64,000 bases of DNA from Cirrosporium novae-zelandiae (lineage: Eukaryota): the NCBI GenBank assembly GCA_026023565.1, contig JAPETS010000041.1, forward strand, positions 1 to 64,000. Direction: 5' to 3'. A program made the translations under genes and the position numbers. Positions 51,671 through 64,000 of this stretch are shown piece after piece (the stretch's first letter is position 1; each line of letters starts with the position of its first letter). Below the pieces are notes generated by a model. The model worked only from the letters and a program-made list of their open reading frames with translations. It searched no databases and was not told the DNA's origin.

Positions 51671-54600
51671 TCATTCAGAGTCACTATCGATAACGAACCC
51701 GCCTAAGCGCCTGCGATGAACGACTGCCACCGGTTCATCATCATCATCATCATCTTCTTCTTCTTCTTGTTCAACTTCATTCTCTCTATCTATGCCCTTC
51801 ATATCAACATCACTGGTTACGTCAATAACGTCCCCAGTTTGCCCCTTCTTCGAATGCTCATCTGGCAAGTCTTGGGACGAGAATGGTGTGTCAGTAGTGA
51901 TATCTCGAGAGATCTGCTGATGTGGTGAAGAGGATTCATGCCAACTAAGTGGTCCATCATCACTGTTAATAATGAGACTGGAATTTCGTCTTCGCTTTGA
52001 AGCTACGATATCTTCACCATTATTCTCCTTTCTCTTCTTACTCTTTCCCCCTTCTTCCTGGCCGATAGCCAGGGCAATGAGCGTTGAAACAGTTTGTGCC
52101 TGTTTCTTCCTTCTTTCCTCCTCCTGCGCGAAAAATTCTCTATCCCTTTCCTCATCTGACTCGTCATCACTAGCATGCACAAAGAGCTCACTCTTAACTT
52201 TCTTCTGCTTCTCAAGGTTTGCTTTTGCTCTAGCTTTCCGGCGTGCTTCTCGAGCTGCTTCGTCCTCTGACCCATCTTCTCCATCCATTTCTTTTGAGTG
52301 CCGCTTTCGTCGCTTCTTCTTGCGTTCATCCGGGTGATCGGACTTTCGAGCCGTGGGGCCGCCAGCAGGGAAAAGTGCATCCAGGTCAATATCGAATTCT
52401 CCTGACTCGTCACTGATGTCTCTTCTAGCAGGCGCTGGCTTGTTAATTCGTCGTATTAGATCACGGGGATCAATTTCCTGTTCCTGGCATTCGATCGGTA
52501 TTTCATTCTCATACTTTTTGACCAGGCCACGGAATTTGGATAGTTCTTCTGAACTAATGGCCGAAGGAATAATCCAAGTAGCCCCAATTTCATCATCACC
52601 CCCTAGACGCTCGAATCCCATCAGCTCCAAAAGAAGACGTAATTTGTTGTCTTTGAACATAGCCGTTTTACAATTATCATTGTTCGGGCTAACAAATATT
52701 GTTGGGGCTTTGGAGGTATCCGCAGAATTATCTGCATGGTCGGGGTTTGACTCTGATTGCATTAACTGGCGGGCTGCTGCTTCATCCTCCCAGCTCTTTC
52801 GCTCATTAGCAGCCTTTTCTAGAACTTGGTCCATCCACCACAGTAATTGGTTCTTGTCCTCTAGACTGAGAGCAGCTACCACAATGTTGACCTGATCCTC
52901 ATGTGACCTTCCAGGTTTTACCTCTAACCGAGCAGGAGGTTTCGGTTTTGACTTTTTCGTAATCTCCTTCTCGTATCCATGTTGTAAATAGAACAACGAG
53001 GTATTAATCTTACTGAAGAGCAGCTCAATAATCAGCTCTGGTCTCTGTTCGGTCTTCTTAATGAGCTTCTTGAATATCTGCCTTGTTAGCTCCTCCCAAT
53101 CTTTGTAAATTTCATTTTTCACTGGTAGTCCTTCCGGTCCCTTTATCATCTTATTAAACAAGGCTATGATGTCTAGCCGAAACAACAAAACGCCCATTTC
53201 TTGTTTGAATGCGACACGATAAAAGTAGCGATGTGCCCGCTTTAGTTGCTCATAATTGAGATCCCTGTAGTAGTTGGTGAACTTAACAAACGTGTCGACT
53301 ACTTTCTGAGTGATGAATCTAGCAGAGAATCGAGTGAAGTCGAATTTTCGCTCTCGGGAGACAATATCTGCCTGTCGTATTTCTTCCTCATCCTCTTCAT
53401 CTTGGGCGTTCTGCTCTACTTTGGATTGACCATTAGCTTGGGCGGCTTTCTTTCGCCTATCTCGTCGGCGTGATCGTACTTGTAGGTCAACGTTTTGTCT
53501 GGAGTATGCTTCAAGCATGCGGAGGAAAGTGTATGCCAGATCGGTACACGCATCCAAATATCCGAAGCCCTGTTCCTTATAATCACGCAGGATTCCAATG
53601 ACTCGGTCATGCGTAGTCTCCTCATAAAATATACGGTTTTGTATATTTTCCGCAATCTCTTGGTCTTCCTCTAGAGGGGAGACTGTCATTTCTTGTATAA
53701 TAAGGAGAATCTGCGTAAAGCAGAGCATACCGGCATGGAGCTCTTCCCATTCTTTGTTATCAATGCCCAATTGCATGAAACGATTGAGTCCAATGAAGGT
53801 TTCTTGATTTAAGACACTAGCCACAAGTGCAAAACTATCGGCTTCAAAATCTTGCTTGCTCTCCATATGTTTTTTCAATTGAGCCCTTCTTCGTGTTCGT
53901 TCGGCACGAAGAAACCATCCAATCAAATAAAAGAATTGTTTTGAGTGAGCGTTTAGAATACGGTCTGCCTGGCGTTCGATGGCTTTCCGCATGTGGTCGA
54001 ATAGCGGGTTAAATCCAGAATCCAGAAACTCTTCTACAAATACTCGAAGATGTTCCACTGCTAAAGGCTTAAGAGATGTTTTCACATCAAAGTCCGATTT
54101 CTCAGGTTGGCTGGATTTTCCATGGTATTTTGGTCTGTTCCATTTCTTGGAAGCGTCCATTTTATGAAGCGCTTTTTGGCTATTTGTTATAGTATCTTGT
54201 CCAGACAGCGTCGAGACCTTATTATCATTCCTCTTCACCCAGATCATGGTTCCAAAGCGATTATGTCTGGTAGGTGCCGTACGAGCGTATTCTCTATTCA
54301 TTCCGGCTTCTTTTTGAAGGAGATCTCGGAGTTCAAGGGATTTTTTTTCTTGCCGTTCTTCATCACTAGAAAACAACTGTTCCGGGTCGACACCCTTCAC
54401 TAGATGATATAATATCTCTATCAAAACTGCGTCTTGGGTATCGAAATCTTCGTTGATGTTGGAGGCAATTGTCAACACCAGGGCAAACACATCTTGCTGA
54501 TGAAACGCGTTGATAGTGGCTGATCTTGATACTTCCTCCTCATCTCCTTCGACGGGTAGGTTTGGTGGTTGTGATATAATGGCGATATTGCGGATGAAGT

Positions 54601-55252
54601 AGAGAACAAGCTTGATTATACCCTCATCGCGCGAGCTTCGATCGCCCCTAGATAAAGACATTGAAGGCAATGCCACTCGAACCGCAGTGCGGAGTATCTT
54701 TGCCGCATCATGATTGAGGATTCCCCGTTTATAGAATAAATGAGAGCGCTGTAGGTATGGAAAATGACGATGGTGGTTCACTGTCATTTCCAGATCATCC
54801 TTTTCCAGAGGCCAAGTGAGGGGAACAAGAAGCTCGACTAAAACCTATTAGTATATCCCCATCTGTATACTGGCCTGGAAAAACTCACGGCATGCCAATG
54901 CTAACTTGCTTTTGAACGCACTCTCCACCTCGTCTTCTTTCCATAATGCGATAATCGGTAACAGATCTCCAGTGACGAGATTTGCTTCTGCTAAACACCT
55001 AGCTACATCCAACCGGTTCAATCGTTCGTCGTATAGTTTAAGCCATCTCTTCAGATCTTTCAGACAACCAAGCACATCGTCACCGAGAACGTAGCGGCCA
55101 CTTTCGTCAGCTCCGGTACCTCCTACCTATGGAGATTGTTAGCACTCTAGCGCGTCCATTGGAGAATATGGACATACAGCAGAGACGATACTATAAATAT
55201 AGGCCCGAACCTCAGGATCCACGGGCTCTCGCTTTCCATCTTCAAGCTCCAT
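51671..55252 (-). CDS. TOF1: Replication fork protection factor Tof1/Swi1 (Timeless), 3 exons
   Basis: VDPEVRAYIYSIVSA/VGG..YVLGDDVLGCLKDLKRWL, ELLVPLTWP, APTRHNRFGTMIWV, EIAENIQNRIFYEE, LKRAHRYFYRVAFK. Confidence 0.95.
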
Positions 55253-55315
55253 TGTGTTGGTTTGACGTTTGTTGTCGGCTACGCATTGAGATCGAGTCCG
55301 GATATTGAAAATTGA

Positions 55316-55347
55316 ACGCGAGGAACGCGTCTTGCATGGGTACGCGT
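55316..55347. promoter_or_regulatory. MCB (MBF) elements upstream of TOF1
   Basis: ACGCGA (55316), ACGCGT (55325) and ACGCGT (55342) clustered 65-95 nt upstream of a DNA replication gene. Confidence 0.7.
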
Positions 55348-55511
55348 CTCGAACGGATTAACGTCATTCCAGACCGAGGTACTTGACGTATGGCTACTTA
55401 CCTCCGCATCCAACTCCGCAATGAAGGATGAAGCAGGTTAACCAAATTCAATAACTTCTCAAATTTTATATTTGTTATACCATTCAAATCTCTACTCTAT
55501 CCAGACTCATC

Positions 55512-56580
55512 ATGATCTTACCAAAAATTGCAGTCAGATCCCTTCGACGGGCTTACATTCTAATTCCAAGCAGACAACTTAGTTCTTCCCCGACATGTGA
55601 TTCTGTCCAGAAGCTGGGAGTAATTGGAGCAGGCCAAATGGTGTGAAATATCCATATTTCGCGGTGATTCATCATAAATACTGAACTGGTTCTAGGGACT
55701 TGGCATAGCTCTGGTAGCCGCACAGAAGGCCGGCGTGCCTGTGACCCTCGTTGATAGTTCACAGGCATCTATTGACAAAAGCTTGAAGTTTGCAGGTAAT
55801 GTTACTGGACACTGACTCTACCTGACAGAGCCTGAATATCTCTATACAGATAAAATCCTTGAGAAAGATGTTTCAAAAGACAGGATATCAAAAGACGATG
55901 TTGTGGCTATTAGAGAACGGTTGAATCCAACAACTAGCATGGATGACCTCTCCAACGTTGATTTTGTTATTGAAGCCGTGCCAGAAATACCAGATCTCAA
56001 AACGACTATTTTCTCACGCCTCGCCCATATATGTCCCTCTCATGCCATACTCGCAACCAATACCTCCTCCATATCTATCACCAAGATCGCTGCTGCCACA
56101 ACCAATGATCCCACTGATTTATCTGCGCCATCAAGAGTTATATCGACACACTTCATGAATCCGGTACCGATTCAGAAAGGTGTAGAGATCATAACTGGTC
56201 TCCAAACTTCACAGCAGACCATTGATATCGCCATCGATTTCTGCAAGAGAATGGGGAAAATACCCTCTCGCTCTGCCGACTCCCCGGGTTTCCTAGCTAA
56301 CCGGATTTTGATGCCTTATATCAATGAAGCAGTAATCTGTCTAGAAACAGGTGTGGGGACCAAAGAAGATATTGATAGCATCATGAAAAACGGGACTAAT
56401 GTCCCAATGGGTCCCCTAACACTTGCAGACTTCATTGGTATTGACACATGTCTGGCTATTATGAATGTTCTATATCAAGAGACTGGAGACAGTAAATATC
56501 GTCCTGCAGTCCTACTTCGAAAGATGGTGGACGCCGGTTGGCTAGGGAAAAAAACTAGGAAAGGGTTCTATGACTATTGA
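55512..56580 (+). CDS. Mitochondrial 3-hydroxybutyryl/3-hydroxyacyl-CoA dehydrogenase, 3 exons
   Basis: LGVIGAGQM/GLGIA, DFVIEAVPE, ILATNTSSISIT, THFMNPVP, DSPGFLANRILMPYINEA, PMGPLTLADFIGID. Confidence 0.93.
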
Positions 56581-56649
56581 AATTTATATTTGATATACAA
56601 GTCCCTAGCATATAAAACGGGGGTTTAAAGCCCTTTACCAAAATAAAGA

Positions 56650-57795
56650 TTATACCTCGCACATTGAAACCACTGCAGCTTTATCCATTCTAACATTCAT
56701 CCCGAGCCTCTTTGCCGCCTCAGTCGCTACTGGCTTTGCTTCAGGGAAGTAAAGGAGGTCAATTCTTCCCAAGCCCGAAATTTGTCCTAAAGCTTGGCTC
56801 ATTATATTCAATGCGGTGCTCTCATAACCAGGTTTCATGGGAAGACCCAAAACTGCCGCTACACCCCTTCTAAAGCTAATCTTTATTATTTTTATATGCT
56901 GACACCGACTTAATTTTTGGAAGGCTTCCTGGCAATGTTTGATCTTGTTCCACGTGAAAGCGACTTCGTAAATATTTTCTTTTGCTTCTAGCGTCAGATT
57001 TGATATCCACCTTCTAACTCCACGAACCCCTCCCAATTGAATTTCTTTATTGCCATAGAAATACGGTAGCGCCTCTTCGCGGACCTGTTTAGACACTTTT
57101 AAGAGTGATGTGATCTGGTCTTTTGGCGTTGGGATCCGTGGGCTGCCGGCATTGAGGAATGGACGAATGATGTCTTCTTTTCTTAGCACGTAGGAATAAA
57201 CACTTTCACGGATCTCTAAAGGTAGGTCCATGAACCTAAATACCGAATCTGGTGCATTCACTGACCTATAAAACCGTTTAAAAGAATCTCCTCCAATTTT
57301 GTCATGAAGAAGTGCGGGTAGGTCAATATTGAGTGGTTGTATATTGTGTTTTTGCTTAAGTTTTTTGAACACTGGAGATATGGTTGGCCGTTTCAAACTC
57401 GGTCTGTCCTGGAGGTTAGCCTTGTGATTTTTAACTATCTTGCCGTTCTTGTCTGTTCCTTCAAAATTTATTTTGTGTGAAAGTTTTGCTTTTTTTGGAG
57501 TGATTTCTGGTCTTATCATATCCTTCGCCGCCCTCTTGGACTTTATTTCTTGTGGGGAGACGCTTAAGTCCGTTATGGGGCTAGATATTCTGTTAGAAGA
57601 ATTGTTGTTATGGCCGGGACTCCCTGCTATGTTGTGCTTCTTGTCCATGTTGAATTCAAAAGTCCTTATCGCGCGTGTCTCTTCGTTACAGTCAAACATG
57701 TGCCTCGAGTTGGTCAAAAAGTCGGATCCAAGTATTAGCTTAAATGGCGATCGAGGCGTCACTAATGCAGCGACCTCTGTTTCAAATCCCTTCAT
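56650..57795 (-). CDS. Hypothetical protein with F-box-like (2EXR-type) segment
   Basis: 381-aa ORF containing FRFMDLPLEIRESVYSYVL ... SLLKVSKQVREEALPYFYG; true start uncertain. Confidence 0.6.
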   Translation of the reverse strand: MKGFETEVAALVTPRSPFKLILGSDFLTNSRHMFDCNEETRAIRTFEFNMDKKHNIAGSPGHNNNSSNRISSPITDLSVSPQEIKSKRAAKDMIRPEITPKKAKLSHKINFEGTDKNGKIVKNHKANLQDRPSLKRPTISPVFKKLKQKHNIQPLNIDLPALLHDKIGGDSFKRFYRSVNAPDSVFRFMDLPLEIRESVYSYVLRKEDIIRPFLNAGSPRIPTPKDQITSLLKVSKQVREEALPYFYGNKEIQLGGVRGVRRWISNLTLEAKENIYEVAFTWNKIKHCQEAFQKLSRCQHIKIIKISFRRGVAAVLGLPMKPGYESTALNIMSQALGQISGLGRIDLLYFPEAKPVATEAAKRLGMNVRMDKAAVVSMCEV

Positions 57796-58598
57796 CCATA
57801 ATTTGAACGAAACTTTTCGGGCTTCGTGGGTAGTAGGGCTATTCTAGCATTTGATTGTAACCGACGGGAAGTTTATCTAGGAGGGGCTTGGAATTTCCTT
57901 AAGGAAATCTATGTGGATAAGGGATGTGGGCAAAGTGTGCTCAATATGGACAGGGAAGTGACGAGCGTCTTTTCTAGGTCCTAATTGGCCTAGGATAGTT
58001 AATAGAGGAAACGAAGGAGGTCCGTGTTTCATCGGGATCTCATAAGGCAAAAAGGACAGGTATCGTGTTAGTGACACTTTCTTTCAAATGTTCTAGTCTT
58101 CTGTTATTATAGTTGATAGTAAGGTAGAAACTATATGCGGCGGTAGTTGAGAAAACAAAGAAAAATATGAGGGAACACGAAATTGGAAAGTGAGATTCTA
58201 ATAAATACCTAGGTAGTCAGAAAGTGTATTAGAAACGGAACGTCGTATCAAAATGAAAGTAAAACAAGTGCTTGAGCGTAGCCTGAGCGCCAACCTTTAT
58301 AAACGTAGCTAATATACTCATTAAAGACTTCTAATATACACGAAGCTTAATTTTAAGGTAAGATTCCAAGCATGTGTATAATATAGGCTCAAAATCTCGT
58401 ACTAAAGTCAATTGTTTGCTTTCTTCTCTAGACATTGAATACGATACATACCAGTACCCAAAATATCTAGAGATACAAGGGGCCTGTACTCATCAACTTA
58501 CTGTTGTAGTAGGCTCACCTAATATCGTTATCCATTTCACAGTAAAAGTACACTTCCATCATACGTCTTCGATCCTCTATAGTTTGTGGGAATATGCA

Positions 58599-59564
58599 TC
58601 ATCTTGATTCCTTGAAGGGGTATTTCACTTCATCATCCTTCCTCAACCATATCTTTGTTTTCCTTTTGTTGACCATATGTTCCACAAATGCCTCTCTTGC
58701 ATGTTTCGCCTTGAACTGGCGAATGAACTTAGGATCCCAGAGTTCGCTGGCAACCCCGAGGTCTTTGCAGCATCGCATCATAGCATTGGATTTGCAGCCC
58801 TCCGTGGCAGTGGGAATGCTGTCTGGTGAGAAGTAGTCTTGTTCTCCTCGTGCAACGGATACGAGTCTATACGCTGTTAGCTATATGAGCTTAAACTTCC
58901 AATTTATAACAAACCTTCCATGAGCAACGAGAGCATACTCTCTTGTAACTGCCTTCGCAGTCACAATTGTCTCCCCGCGAGGCGCTAAACCCCAGCCTCC
59001 TGGACCAAATGCCTTATTCAATATCCTTCTATACTTAATCTCTGGTAAATATACAATGCCATCGGGCTTGATCTCCACGTCGTCCGGAGCGAGCGGCTGC
59101 AAAAGTATATCCGCAACTTCTTTCGGAAATGGTTCGGACGATAAACCATGAAATGATCGAGACCAGTCAACATGATTTGTGCCTTCATCAAGGACCAGAA
59201 GCCCATCTGAAAGTCCACCTGAAAGGTCTGGAACATCTGGTTTGTGCTTGTGAACTACGGTAGACTGAGGCTTGGCATTTCCGTTGCCATTTCCATTGTA
59301 AGATGATGTGGAGGGTTTAACAGTGCTAGGAGCAGCTGTTTGTGGACGGTATGATTTTGTCGAATCGGAAATTGATCGGGTTTGTCGATATTTATGTGCT
59401 TGTTGGTCTAAATATGGCTGAGCCAGTAGTCTTCTGGAAGAAACAAAGCGATGAGTAGCAACACCTTGAGTCTTAGCAAGGGTTAAGAGCGGTGAGAAAG
59501 CTACACGATATGAATTGGAGGTTCCAAAGCAGCAGCTTGGTTGTTGAAGGGCTCGCAAAGCCAT
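58599..59564 (-). CDS. MGM101: Mitochondrial genome maintenance protein Mgm101, 2 exons
   Basis: [46 protein letters not shown], spliced to [33 protein letters not shown]. Confidence 0.96.
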
Positions 59565-59811
59565 GGTTAAGGTAGGATGATAGTTATGTGGTTGAAGTGA
59601 AGTTTCAGGTGCCGCACATAGAGAACCTAGCTAGAAAACCATGTGGATGCTTACCATCCTAGCAAATTACATGATGAATATCTCCATACGACAAATTAAG
59701 GTCCTACAATACATGTATCTATTGATAAAGAGTAGAGTCAATTAAAGGCTATGATACACTAAAGAATTACATTGCGATAGAACCATAACTGTAACTTTTT
59801 GTTTATACAGC

Positions 59812-60299
59812 TTAGGCGTCGGTCATGTCAGTCCTTTTATCATTCCCATTCCTTTTCCAACATTCCCTAAATGCCTCCACCTATACAAATCGATCAAGTT
59901 CAAGTCAGTGATAATGGGCTTCCGAATTATAGTCAAGATAAAAAGAACTCTGGTTGGGGTGAACTTCAAAAGGTTGGGGGCATGGAAAACGTTAAGAAAC
60001 GGATGAGCCACTTACTTCCTTCCTGCAAGCCCGCCAGTCCCTTCCCTCGGCCCAACAGTCATTCATCTTCAACTGTTCCTCTGAAGATTTAAGTCAGCGT
60101 CTCTAGTCCAGTGTTCGACTCTAACTGTTTTGGATATGTACCTGAGCATCCTGTGCTGAAAATTCTTTTGTCCCTAATTGCAACTTCAGTTATTGCTGTT
60201 AATTTGCTTCTGCATGTTGTGACTGTACCACTCATCCGGCTCGTCATCATCATCATCCACTGTCTCAACTTCTTTCTTAGGATCTTTAGAGTCGGTCAT
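59812..60299 (-). CDS. COA4: Twin CX9C cytochrome c oxidase assembly factor Coa4/Cmc3, 4 exons
   Basis: Manual splicing: MTDSKDPKKEVETVDDDDEPDEW/DKRIFSTGCS/EEQLKMNDCWAEGRDWRACRKE/VEAFRECWKRNGNDKRTDMTDA*; two exact CX9C motifs and canonical GT-AG introns. Confidence 0.88.
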
Positions 60300-60398
60300 T
60301 TTGAGGTTTCTTGTTTGTTAGTCTTTGTTGTTTTTCTTTGGTGGATTACATAGTCCCGGACCCCGATTATTCGGTTCGAGGGATTAGATAATTGAAGG

Positions 60399-62651
60399 AT
60401 GGCTTCACGCAAGATGAACGTCCTGGTTTACTCAGGTGTGTCTTGTATGGCTTGATCTATATTTATCTTATTCTGACGTTTCGCAGGAGCTGGGACTACA
60501 GTTGAATCAGTCCGTCACTGTCTTTACAGCCTCCGAAGATTATTGTCCCCCCACTACGCAGTGATCCCAATTAATGGTAATATGATCATCAAAGAACCAT
60601 GGACTGCTACATGTGCTCTTTTGATAATGCCTGGAGGAGCGGACCTGCCCTACTGCCGAACACTCAATGGCGAGGGTAACCGCCGAATCATTCAATATGT
60701 CCGTCGGGGAGGGGCCTATCTAGGCTTTTGTGCTGGAGGCTACTATGGCAGTAAGCATTGCGAATTTGAGGTCGGTGATAAGAATTTAGAAGTCATAGGG
60801 GATAGAGAGTTGGCTTTTTTTCCTGGTACATGCAGAGGATGTGCTTTTCCTGGATTTGTTTATCATAGTGAAGAGGGGGCTCGAGCTGCCGAACTGAAAG
60901 TAAACAAATCCGCATTAAGTTCTGGAACTATCCCAGACATGTTCAAGTCGTATTACAATGGCGGTGGAGTGTTTGTTGATGCTTCCAAGTATCAAGATCA
61001 GGGCGTGGAAATACTCGCAAGCTATACAGAACACTTAGCTGTCGATCCCGGCGAAGGGACCGCGGCTGTGGTATACTGCAAAATTGGCGACGGAGCAGCA
61101 GTGCTTACAAGCCCTCATCCAGAGTCAGTATTTTGATACCCCGTGGAGCCTCTCATACTAACTACTAGCAGATTTGCGGCGTCGAACCTAGACAGGAAAT
61201 CTGATGGACCAGAATATCCAAAGACGGTGGATCGACTTGCAGAAGATGACAAGCCGAGAGTCGACTTCTTAAAAGCTTGTCTTGCTAAACTCGGCTTACA
61301 GATCAGTGAAGATCAGAACGCGACACCATCTCTTTCTCGTCTTCACCTCACGTCCTTAGAACCTTCAGAGGTTAAGACCATCATAGAACCCTTAAACGAG
61401 CTCATTACTACTAAAGATGGAGAAGAATACATTAAGGATGAAAACGACACTTTTCATATAATAAACTCGTCAACGTGGTCAATGGGTGCCTTGAGCAACG
61501 CTCTAGCTGACAAAACCAACGAGCAGCCTATCAAGAAAGTGAAAGATGAAGATGGTAAAGGGGAGGGATTGCCGGACTACCATGCTATGGTCAAGACTCT
61601 CGTCACTCACGATGGAGAATACCCTTCTTCTAAGGAGACACCCTATTTCAATCATGATGCTTTCTTCGGAAACCTCGAGGACTATCAATCCAAATCAATC
61701 GAAGATGTGACTTCGTTTGGAAAGTATATGATGTACGGTGAAGTGGTCACAAGCACCAACACATTACTAGAAAAGTATGTATGTATCGAATCGCTAAAAG
61801 ATCCCTACAACTAAAGTCATCTCCAGAAACACTCAAATCTTACGTCGGTTGCCTAACGGATTCACAGCAACAGCTACAGTGCAGATTGCTGGTCGAGGAC
61901 GGGGCTCCAATGTTTGGATATCTCCCGCAGGCTCGCTGATATTCTCAGTCGTGCTCCGTCATCCCGTTGATAAGCTGCAATCAGCACCAGTAGTATTTCT
62001 ACAATACATAGCAGCTCTAGCCATCATCGAGGGAGTAAAGTCTTACGGCAAGGGCTACGAAAACCTCCCAGTCAGATTAAAGTGGCCCAACGATATCTGT
62101 AAATCCTTTCGCTTTCTCTTCACCTAAAATACATAGCCAGTACATACTAACCACTTCATCTAGACGCCCAAGACCCCACAAACAAAACTAGCAAATCCTT
62201 TGTCAAAATCGGCGGCATCCTCGTAAATTCCCACTACTCCAGTAGTCAATACCTTTCCGTCGTCGGCATCGGCATCAACACCACCAACGCCCTTCCCACA
62301 ACCTCCTTAAATGCACTCCTACCCCCACACCTCCCTCGTTTTACTCTCGAAAAGCTCCTCGCCCGCTTTCTCACTACCTTCGAGTCCCTCTACACCCGTT
62401 TTCTGCGTACCGGTTTCGACCGCAGCTTCGAGGAAATGTATTATAAGCATTGGTTACATATGGACCAGATCGTGACGTTGGAAACGGAGGGAGGCGCCCG
62501 GGCAAGGATTAAGGGGATTACGAGGGATTGGGGGCTGTTGTTGGCGGAGGAGTTGGGGTGGGAGGATAGACCCACGGGGAAGGTATGGGCGCTGCAGACG
62601 GACAGTAATAGTTTTGATTTTTTTAAGGGATTGGTGAAAAGGAAAGTTTGA
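60399..62651 (+). CDS. BPL1: Biotin-protein ligase (holocarboxylase synthetase), 5 exons
   Basis: MNVLVYSG/AGTTVESVRH, MPGGADLPY, YLGFCAGGYYG, YGEVVTSTNT, QIAGRGRGSNVW, LKWPNDI, KIGGILV, DSNSFDFFKGLV. Confidence 0.96.
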
Positions 62652-64000
62652 TGGAAGTTGGCGGGGTCTTTTAAAAAGAGATGGATGTTGGGATTGTTCT
62701 AGGTACGAATAAGATTATGGATATTTTCAGCTGTTTATGAAGATGGTAGGTATAGGTGGCAATGCAGTAGACAGATCAGTCATATATGAACATTTGCAAA
62801 CAACAAGATACACGCTCTTAGGGCATCAAAGGACCTTACGATTACCTTAACTAAAAATCATCATAGCCTTGATTTGCCCATAAAAGTAAGCGAGGAAGCA
62901 CAATCAGAAAGAGCCCATCCCCTTAGTCCACAATACCAGCTCCCCCTTCTCTCAAACTTTTTTATATACTCGTTACCAATCACCCAACTTATTCCCCCGA
63001 CAGATAGTAGGCTACTTAGTTACTTCGGCCTGATGCCGCCGCAACTGTGCTCAAGCAGGCCTTGAGGAATCGCACGCATACCTACTTACGAGAGATCATT
63101 CTTCATCAAAGTTGATGCCTGTTAGTGAACAGGGTATTGAGTCACATATAGCGGTAGTGTGTACTCCCTTGATATAATTTTCAAAATTTATATAAGTTGA
63201 TAAAATTGAAATTTTGCATGTTGGGCCATAACCCTTATATTTGTGGAGGGGGGGGGGGTCAAACTGAGCCTTTTGCTTTTTTCCGTTGTTTGGTGTTTTT
63301 TTCGGGGGGGAGCACTTTTAGGCTTTTAGCTTTTGTTTTTGTTTGAAATAGGGCTATCATGCTGATGCGGTAGAAGCGAGTGAATGGACTTATATTTTGG
63401 TTTGGTGGTGGTCATATTGAGCGAGGTTTTGGTGTTGAAAGTAATTTTTTGGTTGGCATCAGGGGTTACATTCAACGTAGTTTGATGATCGCCATATTGG
63501 GCGTTGTTATAATCATCCTTTCCCTCAAATTACTTCCTTTTTCTCTGAATTTATGGATGTCGTCGTATATAGCTGAGGTGTCATTTGGGTTTACTCCGTC
63601 AGCATATCTGATGGTATTTGTCTTGCAATTATTGGTTTTTCTTTTTTCCACATATCTTCCTAAAAGGCTGTACGGAGGCTTTACAATTAATATCAGTCTC
63701 TCATGTTAGTGGTTGAAGCACCAAAGGCCTATGACGGGACCTGTGTTCAAGAATGCATCATTAGCAATGTCCATACTCGTGCAACTGAAAGAGCCACGAA
63801 AATATCAAAGCTCACGTTCATACTTCATAACATCATTTCTTTGAACTCCATGAACGATCTCAACACCCCATCCTAACTTTTTAACGCCGGGGTCGTCCAC
63901 GCTATGCGCAAGTAGTCCTATCTTATACTATTCCAAAGCAGTTCGCCTTACTAGACCCATTCTTAAAACCAGTCCTTGTCCTTCTATGCTTTCGTCACTA

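Noticed and set aside
25411..56580. Beta-oxidation cluster (enoyl-CoA hydratase, thioesterase, hydroxyacyl-CoA dehydrogenase)
   Set aside because: The genes are 8-20 kb apart and separated by unrelated housekeeping genes; chance linkage suffices.
63706..64000. Possible 3' end of a minus-strand gene at the window edge
   Set aside because: The best frame contains an in-frame TAG (63930-63928) and I recognise no family; cannot be supported without flanking sequence.

Overview
Gene-dense, intron-rich eukaryotic DNA from a filamentous ascomycete (Pezizomycotina-like GT/GC-AG introns with CTRAY branch points). About 25 intact protein genes, mostly housekeeping: TYR1, RPS14, AAR2, a Usp-domain protein, GPR89/GPHR, an atypical Rab, a pantothenate-type MFS, betaine lipid synthase BTA1, enoyl-CoA hydratase, RER1, a LaeA-like methyltransferase, peroxisomal catalase, an NCS1 permease, guanine deaminase, an HD hydrolase, Aquarius, a hotdog thioesterase, TFB2, TOF1, 3-hydroxyacyl-CoA dehydrogenase, MGM101, COA4 (only its last exon appears in the ORF track), BPL1 and two hypotheticals. 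There are also two adjacent pseudogenes (GFA, ankyrin), two intron-containing tRNAs and an snR13-like box C/D snoRNA inside TYR1 intron 1. The best leads are: a tRNA-Ser whose 6-nt intron is a near copy of the anticodon loop carrying a second Ser anticodon; a candidate purine-scavenging module (divergent permease and guanine deaminase with a UaY-type site, flanked by an HD hydrolase and a catalase); recurrent C/A-rich to G/T-rich strand switches that cut through ORFs and centre on both tRNAs; a fold-back element in a BTA1 intron; a structured RPS14 intron; and several GC-AG introns and micro-exons. All family calls come from recalled motifs, not database searches. I cannot demonstrate a wholly new system from sequence alone.
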